NCBI RefSeq assembly: GCF_965641715.1
Contig: NZ_OZ282453.1
Reading direction: 5' to 3' (one strand)
From: Escherichia coli
GTDB lineage: Bacteria; Pseudomonadota; Gammaproteobacteria; Enterobacterales; Enterobacteriaceae
Length of the DNA stretch: 64,000 nucleotides
This document shows positions 1-11,085 of this stretch, piece after piece (within the stretch, counting starts at the first letter, position 1; each line of letters opens with the position of its first letter). Both the position numbers and the translations under genes were made by a program. The notes under the pieces are model-generated. The model ran no database searches. It was given only the letters and a program-made list of their open reading frames with translations, and had not been told where the DNA came from.

Positions 1-342
1 ACCGAGTTCCCGCACGCCGACGACATCACTATGCTGGGCGGTCACTCCTCTCATAGCTATCAGAACGGCACCAACATGTACTTCGTCTACGACTACAACG
101 TTGTCAACTGTAAGCCGGAAGAGGAAATCGACAAGTACCACAATCCGCTCAACAAAATCATTTGCGAAGAAACCATTCGCCTCGGTGGTTCGATGGTGCA
201 CCACCACGGTATCGGTAAACATCGCGTTCACTGGAGCAAGCTGGAACACGGCAGCGCGTGGGCGTTGCTGGAAGGGCTGAAAAAGCAGTTCGATCCTAAC
301 GGCATTATGAATACGGGTACTATCTATCCGATTGAAAAATAA
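1..342 (+). CDS. ygcU: FAD-linked oxidoreductase, C-terminal fragment (5' end lies outside window)
   Basis: Open frame runs from window edge to stop at 342 with no upstream stop in frame; name assigned from synteny immediately upstream of ygcS. Confidence 0.55.
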   Translation, partial: TEFPHADDITMLGGHSSHSYQNGTNMYFVYDYNVVNCKPEEEIDKYHNPLNKIICEETIRLGGSMVHHHGIGKHRVHWSKLEHGSAWALLEGLKKQFDPNGIMNTGTIYPIEK

Positions 343-435
343 TGTGTCAGGCAGCGTTCCGCGATGATGGGGCGTTGCCTTTTCGGCTTCTCAGGCGAGA
401 AGCCGTTCTTATTACCGGACAATGAAGGGGTAAAG

Positions 436-1773
436 ATGAACACTTCACCGGTGCGAATGGATGATTTACCGCTTAACCGTTTTCACTGTCGAATTGCTGC
501 GCTCACTTTCGGCGCGCACCTGACCGACGGTTATGTTCTCGGCGTCATTGGTTACGCCATTATTCAGCTTACGCCCGCCATGCAACTGACGCCGTTTATG
601 GCGGGAATGATCGGCGGCTCGGCGCTCCTTGGTTTGTTTCTTGGCAGCCTGGTTCTTGGGTGGATCTCCGACCATATTGGTCGGCAAAAAATCTTCACCT
701 TCAGCTTTTTGCTGATTACGCTCGCTTCGTTCTTGCAATTTTTTGCCACCACGCCAGAGCATCTTATTGGACTGCGCATTTTGATCGGCATTGGTCTGGG
801 AGGCGATTACTCAGTAGGTCACACCTTGCTGGCTGAATTTTCCCCGCGCCGCCATCGCGGTGTTTTGCTGGGCGCATTCAGCGTGGTGTGGACCGTAGGC
901 TATGTGTTGGCAAGTATTGCCGGACATCACTTTATTTCCGAAAACCCGGAGGCCTGGCGCTGGCTACTGGCATCGGCAGCTCTGCCCGCGTTGTTGATTA
1001 CGTTATTACGCTGGGGAACGCCAGAATCGCCACGCTGGCTACTGCGCCAGGGGCGTTTTGCAGAAGCTCACGCTATCGTGCATCGCTATTTTGGTCCCCA
1101 TGTTTTACTGGGCGATGAAGTGGCAACGGCGACCCATAAACACATCAAAACCTTGTTCTCTTCGCGCTACTGGCGGCGCACGGCGTTTAACAGCGTCTTC
1201 TTTGTCTGCCTCGTAATCCCATGGTTTGTGATTTATACCTGGCTGCCAACTATCGCCCAGACTATTGGACTGGAAGATGCGCTGACTGCCAGCCTGATGC
1301 TTAATGCGTTGTTAATTGTGGGCGCGCTGCTGGGATTAGTTCTGACGCACCTGCTGGCACATCGCAAGTTTTTGCTGGGAAGTTTTTTGCTGCTGGCGGC
1401 AACGCTGGTAGTGATGGCCTGTTTGCCTTCCGGCAGTTCATTAACGCTACTGCTTTTTGTTCTCTTCAGCACCACCATTTCGGCAGTCAGTAATCTGGTG
1501 GGCATTTTGCCTGCGGAAAGTTTTCCTACTGACATTCGCTCGCTGGGCGTCGGTTTTGCCACCGCCATGAGTCGGTTGGGGGCGGCGGTAAGTACTGGCC
1601 TGCTGCCGTGGGTGCTGGCGCAGTGGGGAATGCAAGTCACCTTATTGCTCCTGGCAGCAGTGTTGTTGGTTGGTTTTGTTGTAACCTGGCTATGGGCACC
1701 AGAAACCAAAGCACTCCCGCTGGTGGCGGCGGGAAATGTAGGAGGTGCGAATGAACATTCTGTTAGCGTTTAA
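436..1773 (+). CDS. ygcS: MFS-family transporter (445 aa)
   Basis: ORF 364..1773; internal ATG at 436 preceded by GAAGGGG RBS gives MNTSPVRMDD N-terminus; hydrophobic multi-helix protein. Confidence 0.85.
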   Translation: MNTSPVRMDDLPLNRFHCRIAALTFGAHLTDGYVLGVIGYAIIQLTPAMQLTPFMAGMIGGSALLGLFLGSLVLGWISDHIGRQKIFTFSFLLITLASFLQFFATTPEHLIGLRILIGIGLGGDYSVGHTLLAEFSPRRHRGVLLGAFSVVWTVGYVLASIAGHHFISENPEAWRWLLASAALPALLITLLRWGTPESPRWLLRQGRFAEAHAIVHRYFGPHVLLGDEVATATHKHIKTLFSSRYWRRTAFNSVFFVCLVIPWFVIYTWLPTIAQTIGLEDALTASLMLNALLIVGALLGLVLTHLLAHRKFLLGSFLLLAATLVVMACLPSGSSLTLLLFVLFSTTISAVSNLVGILPAESFPTDIRSLGVGFATAMSRLGAAVSTGLLPWVLAQWGMQVTLLLLAAVLLVGFVVTWLWAPETKALPLVAAGNVGGANEHSVSV

Positions 1774-2530
1774 AGCCGAACCGGATGCCGGAATGCTGGC
1801 GGAAAAAGAGTGGCAGGCGGCGGCTCAGGGTAATAGCGGACCGGATGTTTCGCTACTGCGAAGTTTACTCGGTGCTGATGAACAGGCTGCCGCCGCGCTG
1901 CTGTTGGCGCAGAGAAAAAACGGTACGTCGATGTCTTTAACCGCGTTGAGCATGGGGGATGAACGGGCGTTGCACTGGCTGCGCTATCTCATGGCTCTTG
2001 GGTTTGAGGAAGCTGTATTGTTGGAGACGGCGGCAGATCTGCGCTTTGCGCCGGAATTTGTCGCTCGCCATATTGCCGAATGGCAGCGTCAGAATCCGCT
2101 GGATCTGATAATTACCGGCTGCCAAAGCAGCGAAGGGCAGAATGGGCAAACGCCATTTTTGCTGGCGGAAATGCTGGGCTGGCCCTGCTTCACCCAGGTG
2201 GAGCGTTTCACTCTCGACGCGCCGTTTATCACCCTCGAACAGCGTACTGAACATGGGTTGCGTTGTTGCCGGGTTCGCTTGCCCGCGGTGATTGCCGTGC
2301 GTCAGTGCGGTGAAGTGGCCTTGCCAGTACCGGGAATGCGCCAGCGAATGGCTGCGGGGAAAGCAGAAATTATCCGTAAAACTGTTGCTGCCGAAATGCC
2401 AGCGATGCAGTGTCTGCAACTGGCAAGAGCAGAGCAACGACGTGGAGCGACGCTGATTGATGGGCAAACGGTAGCAGAAAAAGCGCAAAAGCTATGGCAG
2501 GACTATTTACGCCAAAGGATGCAGCCATGA
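1751..2530 (+). CDS. ygcR: Electron-transfer flavoprotein beta-subunit-like protein (259 aa)
   Basis: ATG at 1751 preceded by GGAGG; N-terminus MNILLAFK; followed with ATGA overlap by alpha-subunit-like gene. Confidence 0.85.
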   Translation: MNILLAFKAEPDAGMLAEKEWQAAAQGNSGPDVSLLRSLLGADEQAAAALLLAQRKNGTSMSLTALSMGDERALHWLRYLMALGFEEAVLLETAADLRFAPEFVARHIAEWQRQNPLDLIITGCQSSEGQNGQTPFLLAEMLGWPCFTQVERFTLDAPFITLEQRTEHGLRCCRVRLPAVIAVRQCGEVALPVPGMRQRMAAGKAEIIRKTVAAEMPAMQCLQLARAEQRRGATLIDGQTVAEKAQKLWQDYLRQRMQP

Positions 2531-3387
2531 ATATCGCAATTGTGACAATAAATCAGGAGAATGCCGCAATAGCAAGCTGGCTGGCGGCACAGGATTTCAG
2601 CGGTTGTACCCTGGCGCACTGGCAGATTGAACCTCAGCCTGTAGTGGCGGAACAGGTGCTGGATGCGTTGGTGGAACAGTGGCAGCGAACGCCTGCGGAC
2701 GTTGTTCTCTTTCCGCCGGGAACGTTTGGCGATGAACTGTCGACCCGGCTGGCTTGGCGTTTACATGGTGCAAGCATCTGCCAGGTGACTTCGTTAGATA
2801 TTCCAACCGTAAGCGTGCGCAAATCCCACTGGGGAAATGCGCTAACGGCGACGCTGCAAACAGAAAAACGCCCGCTATGCCTTTCCCTGGCGCGTCAGGC
2901 GGGAGCAGCGAAAAACGCCACGTTGCCCTCTGGAATGCAACAACTGAACATTGTCCCGGGTGCGCTTCCGGACTGGCTGGTTAGCACAGAGGATCTGAAA
3001 AATGTTACTCGCGACCCATTAGCTGAGGCCAGACGGGTGCTGGTGGTGGGGCAGGGCGGAGAGGCAGATAACCAGGAAATCGCTATGCTGGCAGAAAAGC
3101 TGGGAGCCGAAGTGGGCTACAGTCGGGCGCGAGTGATGAACGGTGGCGTTGATGCTGAAAAAGTGATTGGTATTTCCGGACATCTGCTGGCACCTGAGGT
3201 GTGTATTGTTGTTGGCGCTTCTGGCGCAGCAGCGTTAATGGCGGGCGTACGCAATAGCAAGTTTGTGGTGGCGATTAATCATGACGCCAGCGCAGCGGTA
3301 TTTTCACAGGCAGATGTTGGCGTGGTTGATGACTGGAAAGTGGTGCTGGAGGCACTGGTGACAAACATTGACGCAGAATGCCAATAA
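2527..3387 (+). CDS. ygcQ: Electron-transfer flavoprotein alpha-subunit-like protein (286 aa)
   Basis: ATG at 2527 overlapping ygcR stop; N-terminus MNIAIVT; C-terminal FAD-binding ETF-alpha-like motifs. Confidence 0.85.
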   Translation: MNIAIVTINQENAAIASWLAAQDFSGCTLAHWQIEPQPVVAEQVLDALVEQWQRTPADVVLFPPGTFGDELSTRLAWRLHGASICQVTSLDIPTVSVRKSHWGNALTATLQTEKRPLCLSLARQAGAAKNATLPSGMQQLNIVPGALPDWLVSTEDLKNVTRDPLAEARRVLVVGQGGEADNQEIAMLAEKLGAEVGYSRARVMNGGVDAEKVIGISGHLLAPEVCIVVGASGAAALMAGVRNSKFVVAINHDASAAVFSQADVGVVDDWKVVLEALVTNIDAECQ

Positions 3388-3393
3388 CGTGCT

Positions 3394-3500
3394 GCCGGAT
3401 GATCCTGCCTACGGTTCTGGACTGGGGACCTGTAGGCCTGATAAGACGTGTTAAGCGTCGCATCAGGCGCTGAATGTCGGATGTGGCGTGCGGCCTACAA
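3394..3500. repeat. REP (repetitive extragenic palindrome) element(s) between convergent ygcQ and ygcP
   Basis: Sequence tgtaggcctgataagacgtgttaagcgtcgcatcaggcg plus a second partial copy ending gcggcctacaa; imperfect palindromes typical of E. coli REP. Confidence 0.6.
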
Positions 3501-3534
3501 ATCAAACCAAATTCAATTGGTTACGATTATCCCG

Positions 3535-4110
3535 TCAAAGCAATTTTTTCGCTAACGTCCAGACTCCGGTATTCGTGGTGGAAAGCGCCACGACACCCGC
3601 GTTAATCGCATTACGCGCATCTTCTTCATCGCATACCAGCCCGCCAGCAATCAGCGGTTGGCGGATTTTTTCCGTCACCCAGCCCAGCACTTTGGGCATG
3701 CAGCCTGGCAGGATCTCAATACAATCCGGATTCGATTGCGCAACTTGCTTATCAATGTTGTGAAACGAAATCGAATCAACAATAAACAGGCGATGAATAC
3801 AGAAAAAACCTTCCGCTCTTGCCGCTTTTAGCATCGATGCTTTGGTGCTGATAATGCCGTCCGCCTCGGTCACCAGTTTCAAAAACTGAATCACGACTTC
3901 TTTATTTGACGCGCCTTCCAGCAAATCAACATGAATAAAAGCATATTTCCCGGCGTTCTTAATCTTTTTAACGATATTACTGATGGTGCAGATATTGCCG
4001 TACAACACGGAAATAAACTGGCATTCAGAGTCGATTGCCAGTTGCAGGCTGGCATTATCTTTTACGGCAGCAATCACCGGATTCTGGCGGAGCAGGTGTA
4101 AGAGGGGCAT
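3535..4110 (-). CDS. ygcP: GlpP-like glycerol-3-phosphate-responsive antiterminator family protein (191 aa)
   Basis: ORF 191 aa, N-terminus MPLLHLLRQNPVIAAVKD; synteny with ygcN/ygcO. Confidence 0.8.
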   Translation of the reverse strand: MPLLHLLRQNPVIAAVKDNASLQLAIDSECQFISVLYGNICTISNIVKKIKNAGKYAFIHVDLLEGASNKEVVIQFLKLVTEADGIISTKASMLKAARAEGFFCIHRLFIVDSISFHNIDKQVAQSNPDCIEILPGCMPKVLGWVTEKIRQPLIAGGLVCDEEDARNAINAGVVALSTTNTGVWTLAKKLL

Positions 4111-4126
4111 AAATTATCCTTATTAT

Positions 4127-4387
4127 TTATCCAAAGCGGTAGGTGATGCCGAATCCGGAAGGTGGATAGCGCCACTGTTGTAGTGTTGATTCGTCGCACA
4201 GCAAACGGCAGGTGCCGCACTCAAGGCAACCGCGATAATCAACACGCAAGTCGCCTTCCGGCGTGAGCGCAAAAAGACCTGCCGGGCAGGCGTTAATCAA
4301 CCGTTCTGCCGTCTGGCGCTCAACGGAGTCAGCCGGAACAATGTGCGGCGCATCAGCAACGCGCCAGAGATTACGGGCTACAGACAT
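4127..4387 (-). CDS. ygcO: Ferredoxin-like protein (FixX-like, 86 aa)
   Basis: ORF 4127..4423; internal start giving MSVARNLWRV; cysteine motif CLECGTCRLLC; overlaps ygcN stop. Confidence 0.75.
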   Translation of the reverse strand: MSVARNLWRVADAPHIVPADSVERQTAERLINACPAGLFALTPEGDLRVDYRGCLECGTCRLLCDESTLQQWRYPPSGFGITYRFG

Positions 4388-5649
4388 CGCAGACTCCTGA
4401 TAACATCGCCCGCCAGATGCCACAGGCCATGACGACGTAAATGACGCCAGAATAACTGGCGCAGCGGTGGAACAGGTTTATCACCCTGATCCCATAAATC
4501 GCGGGAAATATCCTGCATTAACGCAGGCCACGCCCGATACCAGCCAGGGCGTTGCAAAAGCGCCGGAACATGCTGATAACGTTGTAGAACATCCCACAGC
4601 AGGCTGCGCTCTACGTTGTGATGATAAAGCGGAAACAGATTTTGCGGCTCGCGGTGCTGGCAGGCGCTTATCAGTGTTTGTGCCGCCGCCTGCGCGCCAG
4701 TTAGCGCCGTATCCATGCCGCGCACGGAAATTCCGGTATTGACGCAACTGCGCAACGCATCGCCTACCAGCAGCCAGCCGTTACCGGCGTATTGCACTGG
4801 CATACTGTGCAAGCCACCTTCTGGCACCAGATGCGCACCATACTCCAGTGATTCCGTGTTTTTGATAAGCGGGCGCACTGCCGGATGCGCTTTAAAGCGA
4901 GTCAGCAGCTCGCTTGCCGGAACACGACTTTGCGTAAGGGAAGAGAGCGGGCAAACAATCCCTAACGAGAGCGTTTGTTGATTAGTATAAAGAAATGCGC
5001 CGCCGGGAAAGTCATCACAGATTCCGCCGCTGAACAGCAACGCTGCGCCTTCGTTATTCTCCAGATGAAAACGTTCTTCAATAGCGGATGTTTCCAGCGA
5101 CAGCACTTCTTTGATCCCCAACGCCATCGCTTCGCCAGCAGGACGAGTCACTAATCCGTGACGTTCAGCCAGGACGCTGTTGGCACCTTCTGCCAGCACC
5201 ACATAACGGGCGCGGAGAATATCGTCACCACAAATGACACCACACACCCTGCCGTCTTCTTCATACAGAGCATCCACCGTCGCACCAGGGATGCATTCGA
5301 CACCTTCTTTTTCGGCTTCGGCAACCAGCCACGGATCGAACCGTGCACGTAATACACTCCAGGATTCACCGCCGGGCTGTAAGCTGGAAAACGTCGTTGC
5401 GCCATCGGGCGTTAACAGGGAAAGGCTTTCGTGAGTGATGCGTCGTTCAAGAGGCGCGGTCAGATGAAATTGCGGGAGGAGTTCCGCGAGTGCATGGGTA
5501 TATAACCGCCCGCCGGAAAGATTTTTGCTGCCGGGGATTTCAGCGCGTTCCAGTAACAAAACGGATAAACCCGCTCGCGCGCAGCGTAACGCGCAAGCGG
5601 TGCCTGCAATACCGGCACCAATAATAATAATGTCGCAGTCGTCTTCCAT
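4378..5649 (-). CDS. ygcN: FAD-dependent oxidoreductase (FixC / ETF-quinone-oxidoreductase-like, 423 aa)
   Basis: Internal start giving MEDDCDIIIIGAGIAGTACA with GxGxxG dinucleotide-binding motif. Confidence 0.85.
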   Translation of the reverse strand: MEDDCDIIIIGAGIAGTACALRCARAGLSVLLLERAEIPGSKNLSGGRLYTHALAELLPQFHLTAPLERRITHESLSLLTPDGATTFSSLQPGGESWSVLRARFDPWLVAEAEKEGVECIPGATVDALYEEDGRVCGVICGDDILRARYVVLAEGANSVLAERHGLVTRPAGEAMALGIKEVLSLETSAIEERFHLENNEGAALLFSGGICDDFPGGAFLYTNQQTLSLGIVCPLSSLTQSRVPASELLTRFKAHPAVRPLIKNTESLEYGAHLVPEGGLHSMPVQYAGNGWLLVGDALRSCVNTGISVRGMDTALTGAQAAAQTLISACQHREPQNLFPLYHHNVERSLLWDVLQRYQHVPALLQRPGWYRAWPALMQDISRDLWDQGDKPVPPLRQLFWRHLRRHGLWHLAGDVIRSLRCL

Positions 5650-5726
5650 GTCATGCCCCAGATATCCTGAACACAACACCCTAACATAGCGTTACTTAAG
5701 GGAAATTGACCGCCGACACACTCTTA

Positions 5727-6092
5727 TCATTCGCCGCGATAGATACAACCAGCGGTGCAGGTTTCTTTTACCATCACCGCACTTAACAGCGGCACAACGG
5801 GTTTAACCTGATCCCAAATCCATTTTGCTAAAACTTCGCTGGTTGGGTTTTCCAGACCTGGAATATCATTGAGATAATGGTGATCGAGGCGCTCATAAGT
5901 TGGCTTAAACGCCGCTTTTAGTTCAGCGAAATCGATAATCCAGCCCGTATGCGGATCGACTTCCCCGGTAATTTCCAGTCGCACCATAAAGGAATGCCCG
6001 TGCAGGCGACCACATTTATGCCCTTCCGGGACGTGTGGTAAGCGGTGAGCGGCTTCGAAGGTGAAATCTTTAAATAACGTGGTGGACATCAT
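5727..6092 (-). CDS. queD: 6-carboxy-5,6,7,8-tetrahydropterin synthase (queuosine biosynthesis)
   Basis: ORF 5727..6176; internal start giving [33 protein letters not shown], the QueD/PTPS zinc-binding signature. Confidence 0.9.
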   Translation of the reverse strand: MMSTTLFKDFTFEAAHRLPHVPEGHKCGRLHGHSFMVRLEITGEVDPHTGWIIDFAELKAAFKPTYERLDHHYLNDIPGLENPTSEVLAKWIWDQVKPVVPLLSAVMVKETCTAGCIYRGE

Positions 6093-6407
6093 AATTTCTC
6101 TACAGGACGATAAAACCGCCGTAGAGTACCGGAAAGGCTGTTTTTTCGCATTATCTAAAACGACTTTGTTGCGCAAAATCGCTGATTTATCTTAATGATT
6201 GGCTAAATTCATTTGTTTTTCATTAGGTTGGTTAATCTATTTTGTTGTTAAAGACTATTGCTAAAACAGGTTAGTCGATTTGGTTATTAGTTATCGCTAT
6301 CCCGTCTTTAATCCACACCGTTCACCCCGTTAACCTTACCTTCTCTTCTGTTTTATGGGCGCTGACAGGGCGCAGAAACAGCTTTGCTTACTGGAACATA
6401 ACGACGC

Positions 6408-8207
6408 ATGACGACACAGGTCCCACCTTCCGCGTTGCTTCCGTTGAACCCGGAGCAACTGGCACGCCTTCAGGCGGCCACGACCGATTTAACTCCCACC
6501 CAGCTTGCCTGGGTTTCTGGCTATTTCTGGGGCGTACTCAATCAGCAGCCTGCTGCGCTTGCAGCGACGCCAGCGCCAGCCGCAGAAATGCCGGGTATAA
6601 CTATTATCTCCGCCTCGCAAACCGGCAATGCGCGCCGGGTTGCTGAAGCATTACGCGATGATTTATTAGCAGCAAAACTGAACGTTAAGCTGGTGAACGC
6701 GGGCGACTATAAATTCAAACAAATCGCCAGCGAAAAACTGCTCATCGTAGTGACGTCAACGCAAGGGGAAGGGGAACCGCCGGAAGAAGCCGTCGCGCTG
6801 CATAAGTTCCTGTTCTCCAAAAAAGCGCCGAAGCTGGAAAATACCGCTTTTGCCGTGTTTAGCCTCGGCGATAGTTCTTATGAATTTTTCTGCCAGTCCG
6901 GGAAAGATTTCGACAGCAAGCTGGCGGAACTGGGCGGTGAACGCCTGCTCGACCGTGTCGATGCCGACGTTGAATACCAGACCGCTGCCAGCGAGTGGCG
7001 CGCCCGCGTGGTTGATGCGCTTAAATCGCGTGCGCCTGTCGCGGCACCTTCGCAATCCGTCGCTACTGGCGCGGTAAATGAAATCCACACCAGCCCGTAC
7101 AGCAAAGACGCGCCGCTGGTGGCGAGCCTCTCTGTTAACCAGAAAATTACCGGGCGTAACTCTGAAAAAGACGTTCGCCATATCGAAATTGACTTAGGTG
7201 ACTCGGGCCTGCGTTACCAGCCGGGTGACGCGCTGGGTGTCTGGTATCAGAACGATCCGGCACTGGTAAAAGAACTTGTCGAACTGCTGTGGCTGAAAGG
7301 CGATGAACCTGTCACCGTCGAGGGCAAAACGTTGCTTCTGAACGAAGCGCTACAGTGGCACTTCGAACTGACCGTCAACACCGCCAACATTGTTGAGAAT
7401 TACGCCACGCTTACCCGCAGCGAAACACTGCTGCCGCTGGTGGGCGATAAAGCGAAGTTACAGCATTACGCCGCGACGACGCCGATTGTTGACATGGTGC
7501 GTTTCTCCCCGGCACAGCTTGATGCCGAAGCGCTAATTAATCTGCTGCGCCCGCTGACGCCGCGTCTCTATTCCATTGCCTCCTCGCAGGCGGAAGTGGA
7601 AAGTGAAGTGCACGTCACCGTTGGTGTCGTTCGTTATGACATTGAAGGCCGCGCCCGTGCGGGTGGTGCCTCCAGCTTCCTCGCGGACCGCGTGGAAGAA
7701 GAGGGTGAAGTCCGCGTCTTTATCGAACATAACGACAACTTCCGCCTGCCCGCTAACCCGGAAACCCCGGTGATTATGATTGGCCCAGGCACCGGCATCG
7801 CGCCGTTCCGCGCCTTTATGCAGCAACGCGCCGCCGACGAAGCGCCGGGCAAAAACTGGCTGTTCTTTGGCAACCCGCACTTTACGGAAGATTTCCTCTA
7901 CCAGGTGGAATGGCAGCGTTACGTCAAAGAGGGCGTGCTGACACGTATCGATCTCGCCTGGTCGCGCGATCAAAAAGAAAAAGTTTACGTACAAGACAAA
8001 CTGCGCGAACAGGGCGCGGAGCTGTGGCGCTGGATCAATGACGGTGCCCACATTTATGTCTGCGGCGACGCTAATCGCATGGCGAAAGACGTTGAGCAGG
8101 CACTTCTGGAAGTGATTGCCGAATTTGGTGGCATGGACACCGAAGCGGCGGATGAATTTTTAAGTGAGCTGCGCGTAGAGCGCCGTTATCAGCGAGATGT
8201 CTACTAA
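6408..8207 (+). CDS. cysJ: Sulfite reductase [NADPH] flavoprotein alpha subunit (599 aa)
   Basis: 599 aa ORF, N-terminus [21 protein letters not shown]; flavodoxin and FAD/NADPH domains; stop overlaps cysI start. Confidence 0.97.
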   Translation: MTTQVPPSALLPLNPEQLARLQAATTDLTPTQLAWVSGYFWGVLNQQPAALAATPAPAAEMPGITIISASQTGNARRVAEALRDDLLAAKLNVKLVNAGDYKFKQIASEKLLIVVTSTQGEGEPPEEAVALHKFLFSKKAPKLENTAFAVFSLGDSSYEFFCQSGKDFDSKLAELGGERLLDRVDADVEYQTAASEWRARVVDALKSRAPVAAPSQSVATGAVNEIHTSPYSKDAPLVASLSVNQKITGRNSEKDVRHIEIDLGDSGLRYQPGDALGVWYQNDPALVKELVELLWLKGDEPVTVEGKTLLLNEALQWHFELTVNTANIVENYATLTRSETLLPLVGDKAKLQHYAATTPIVDMVRFSPAQLDAEALINLLRPLTPRLYSIASSQAEVESEVHVTVGVVRYDIEGRARAGGASSFLADRVEEEGEVRVFIEHNDNFRLPANPETPVIMIGPGTGIAPFRAFMQQRAADEAPGKNWLFFGNPHFTEDFLYQVEWQRYVKEGVLTRIDLAWSRDQKEKVYVQDKLREQGAELWRWINDGAHIYVCGDANRMAKDVEQALLEVIAEFGGMDTEAADEFLSELRVERRYQRDVY

Positions 8208-9919
8208 TGAGCGAAAAACATCCAGGGCCTTTAGTGGTCGAAGGAAAACTGACAGACGCCGAGCGCATGAAGCTTGAAAGCAACTACCTGCGCGGCACCA
8301 TTGCGGAAGATTTAAACGACGGTCTGACCGGCGGCTTTAAGGGCGACAACTTCCTGCTGATCCGCTTCCACGGCATGTATCAGCAGGATGACCGCGACAT
8401 CCGCGCCGAACGTGCTGAACAGAAGCTGGAGCCGCGCCATGCGATGCTGTTGCGCTGCCGTCTGCCGGGTGGCGTGATCACCACCAAACAGTGGCAGGCG
8501 ATAGACAAATTTGCCGGTGAAAACACCATCTATGGCAGCATTCGCCTGACCAACCGCCAGACGTTTCAGTTCCACGGCATTCTGAAAAAGAACGTCAAAC
8601 CGGTGCACCAGATGCTGCACTCAGTCGGTCTTGATGCGCTGGCGACCGCTAACGACATGAACCGTAACGTACTCTGCACCTCGAACCCTTACGAGTCGCA
8701 GCTGCACGCAGAAGCGTACGAGTGGGCGAAGAAAATCTCTGAACATCTGCTGCCTCGTACCCGCGCGTATGCGGAGATCTGGCTCGATCAGGAAAAAGTC
8801 GCCACCACCGATGAAGAACCGATCCTCGGTCAGACTTATTTGCCGCGTAAATTCAAAACCACGGTAGTGATCCCGCCACAGAACGATATCGATCTGCACG
8901 CCAACGACATGAACTTCGTGGCGATCGCCGAAAACGGCAAGCTGGTGGGCTTTAACCTGTTGGTGGGCGGTGGGCTTTCCATCGAACACGGCAACAAGAA
9001 AACCTACGCCCGCACGGCGAGCGAGTTTGGCTATCTGCCGCTGGAGCATACGCTGGCGGTGGCGGAAGCCGTCGTGACAACTCAGCGTGACTGGGGTAAC
9101 CGAACCGATCGTAAAAATGCCAAAACCAAATACACGCTGGAGCGCGTGGGGGTTGAGACGTTTAAAGCGGAAGTGGAGCGTCGCGCGGGGATCAAATTCG
9201 AGCCGATTCGCCCGTATGAGTTTACCGGACGCGGAGATCGTATTGGCTGGGTTAAGGGCATTGATGATAACTGGCACCTGACGCTGTTTATCGAAAATGG
9301 TCGCATCCTTGATTATCCGGGGCGTCCGCTGAAAACCGGCCTGCTGGAGATCGCGAAGATCCACAAAGGTGATTTCCGCATTACGGCGAACCAGAATCTG
9401 ATCATCGCCGGTGTGCCGGAAAGCGAGAAAGCGAAGATCGAGAAGATCGCCAAAGAGAGCGGGTTAATGAATGCCGTCACGCCGCAGCGTGAAAACTCAA
9501 TGGCCTGCGTCTCGTTCCCGACTTGCCCGCTGGCGATGGCGGAAGCGGAGCGTTTCCTGCCGTCTTTTATCGACAACATCGATAATTTAATGGCGAAACA
9601 TGGTGTCAGCGATGAGCATATCGTGATGCGTGTAACAGGCTGCCCGAACGGTTGTGGTCGCGCGATGCTGGCGGAAGTGGGCCTGGTGGGTAAAGCGCCG
9701 GGTCGCTACAACCTGCATCTTGGCGGCAACCGTATTGGGACACGTATCCCACGGATGTATAAAGAAAACATCACCGAGCCGGAAATCCTGGCGTCGCTTG
9801 ATGAACTGATAGGGCGCTGGGCGAAAGAGCGCGAAGCGGGTGAAGGCTTCGGCGACTTTACGGTGCGTGCGGGCATCATTCGCCCGGTGCTCGATCCGGC
9901 GCGCGATTTGTGGGATTAA
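8207..9919 (+). CDS. cysI: Sulfite reductase [NADPH] hemoprotein beta subunit (570 aa)
   Basis: 570 aa ORF, N-terminus [15 protein letters not shown]; C-terminal CPNGC siroheme/4Fe-4S motif. Confidence 0.97.
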   Translation: MSEKHPGPLVVEGKLTDAERMKLESNYLRGTIAEDLNDGLTGGFKGDNFLLIRFHGMYQQDDRDIRAERAEQKLEPRHAMLLRCRLPGGVITTKQWQAIDKFAGENTIYGSIRLTNRQTFQFHGILKKNVKPVHQMLHSVGLDALATANDMNRNVLCTSNPYESQLHAEAYEWAKKISEHLLPRTRAYAEIWLDQEKVATTDEEPILGQTYLPRKFKTTVVIPPQNDIDLHANDMNFVAIAENGKLVGFNLLVGGGLSIEHGNKKTYARTASEFGYLPLEHTLAVAEAVVTTQRDWGNRTDRKNAKTKYTLERVGVETFKAEVERRAGIKFEPIRPYEFTGRGDRIGWVKGIDDNWHLTLFIENGRILDYPGRPLKTGLLEIAKIHKGDFRITANQNLIIAGVPESEKAKIEKIAKESGLMNAVTPQRENSMACVSFPTCPLAMAEAERFLPSFIDNIDNLMAKHGVSDEHIVMRVTGCPNGCGRAMLAEVGLVGKAPGRYNLHLGGNRIGTRIPRMYKENITEPEILASLDELIGRWAKEREAGEGFGDFTVRAGIIRPVLDPARDLWD

Positions 9920-9924
9920 CCATC

Positions 9925-9975
9925 AGCCCGGTCTTGTAGGCCTGATAAGACGTGTGAGCGTCGCATCAGGCAAGG
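9925..9975. repeat. REP element between cysI and cysH
   Basis: tgtaggcctgataagacgtgtgagcgtcgcatcaggc, near-identical to the REP copy at 3420..3460. Confidence 0.6.
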
Positions 9976-9992
9976 CAAACAGTGAGGAATCT

Positions 9993-10727
9993 ATGTCCAA
10001 ACTCGATCTAAACGCCCTGAACGAACTGCCGAAGGTGGATCGCATTCTGGCGCTGGCGGAAACTAACGCCCAACTGGAAAAACTGGATGCTGAAGGCCGC
10101 GTAGCCTGGGCGCTGGATAATCTGCCCGGTGAATATGTGCTTTCTTCCAGCTTCGGCATTCAGGCGGCGGTGAGCCTGCATCTGGTGAATCAGATTCGCC
10201 CGGATATTACAGTGATCCTCACCGATACCGGTTACTTGTTCCCGGAAACCTACCGCTTTATTGACGAGTTAACGGACAAACTGAAGCTCAACCTGAAAGT
10301 GTACCGTGCTACCGAAAGCGCAGCCTGGCAGGAAGCACGCTACGGAAAACTGTGGGAACAGGGCGTTGAAGGCATTGAAAAGTACAATGACATCAACAAA
10401 GTCGAACCGATGAACCGGGCGCTGAAAGAACTTAACGCGCAAACGTGGTTTGCTGGCCTGCGCCGCGAACAATCCGGCAGCCGCGCCAATTTACCGGTGC
10501 TGGCAATTCAGCGTGGCGTATTTAAAGTGCTGCCGATTATCGACTGGGATAACCGAACGATATATCAGTATCTGCAAAAGCATGGCCTGAAATATCACCC
10601 ATTATGGGACGAAGGATATTTATCGGTGGGCGATACCCATACAACCCGTAAATGGGAACCCGGCATGGCGGAAGAAGAAACGCGTTTCTTTGGCTTAAAA
10701 AGGGAATGTGGGTTACACGAAGGGTAA
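9993..10727 (+). CDS. cysH: Phosphoadenosine phosphosulfate (PAPS) reductase (244 aa)
   Basis: ORF 9840..10727 runs through the REP; true start ATG at 9993 after AGTGAGGAA RBS gives [21 protein letters not shown]; C-terminal ECGLH motif. Confidence 0.95.
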   Translation: MSKLDLNALNELPKVDRILALAETNAQLEKLDAEGRVAWALDNLPGEYVLSSSFGIQAAVSLHLVNQIRPDITVILTDTGYLFPETYRFIDELTDKLKLNLKVYRATESAAWQEARYGKLWEQGVEGIEKYNDINKVEPMNRALKELNAQTWFAGLRREQSGSRANLPVLAIQRGVFKVLPIIDWDNRTIYQYLQKHGLKYHPLWDEGYLSVGDTHTTRKWEPGMAEEETRFFGLKRECGLHEG

Positions 10728-10744
10728 ATATTGCCGGATAAATT

Positions 10745-10784
10745 AAACGCCTCTGTCAGAAATGATGGGGGCGTTTTTATTTTG
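10745..10784 (+). terminator. Candidate rho-independent terminator after cysH
   Basis: aaacgcctc...ggggcgtt inverted repeat followed by tttatttt. Confidence 0.4.
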
Positions 10785-11085
10785 CGAGCAGTATTCCTGA
10801 TTTTAAACGTGAACGCCGCTGGAAGAATTATCAGGTATAGAATGGCGTCGGGTGCTTGAGGCTGTCTGGCGTTAAGCATTCGCGAGGTTCCAGATGGACA
10901 AAAGCCCCAGGCGATATTTCTATCAACCTGAGGCCAGCGTTCGAACCTAAGCAATTCGGATGTTAGTCTCTTCTTTGCAGGGAGGCAAGACATGTGTATA
11001 TCACTGTAATTCGATATTTATGAGCAGCATCGAAAAATAGCCCGCTGATATCATCGATAATACTAAAAAAACAGGGAGGCTATTA

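Noticed and set aside
8621-9364. 247-aa antisense ORF inside cysI, with similar long antisense ORFs inside hycE (48969..50402, 477 aa), rpoS (30995..31672), mutS (36863..37435) and hycC (46271..46849)
   Set aside because: Each is fully embedded opposite a well-supported gene, lacks a plausible RBS and has a low-complexity R/A/G-rich translation typical of shadow frames in GC-rich coding sequence.
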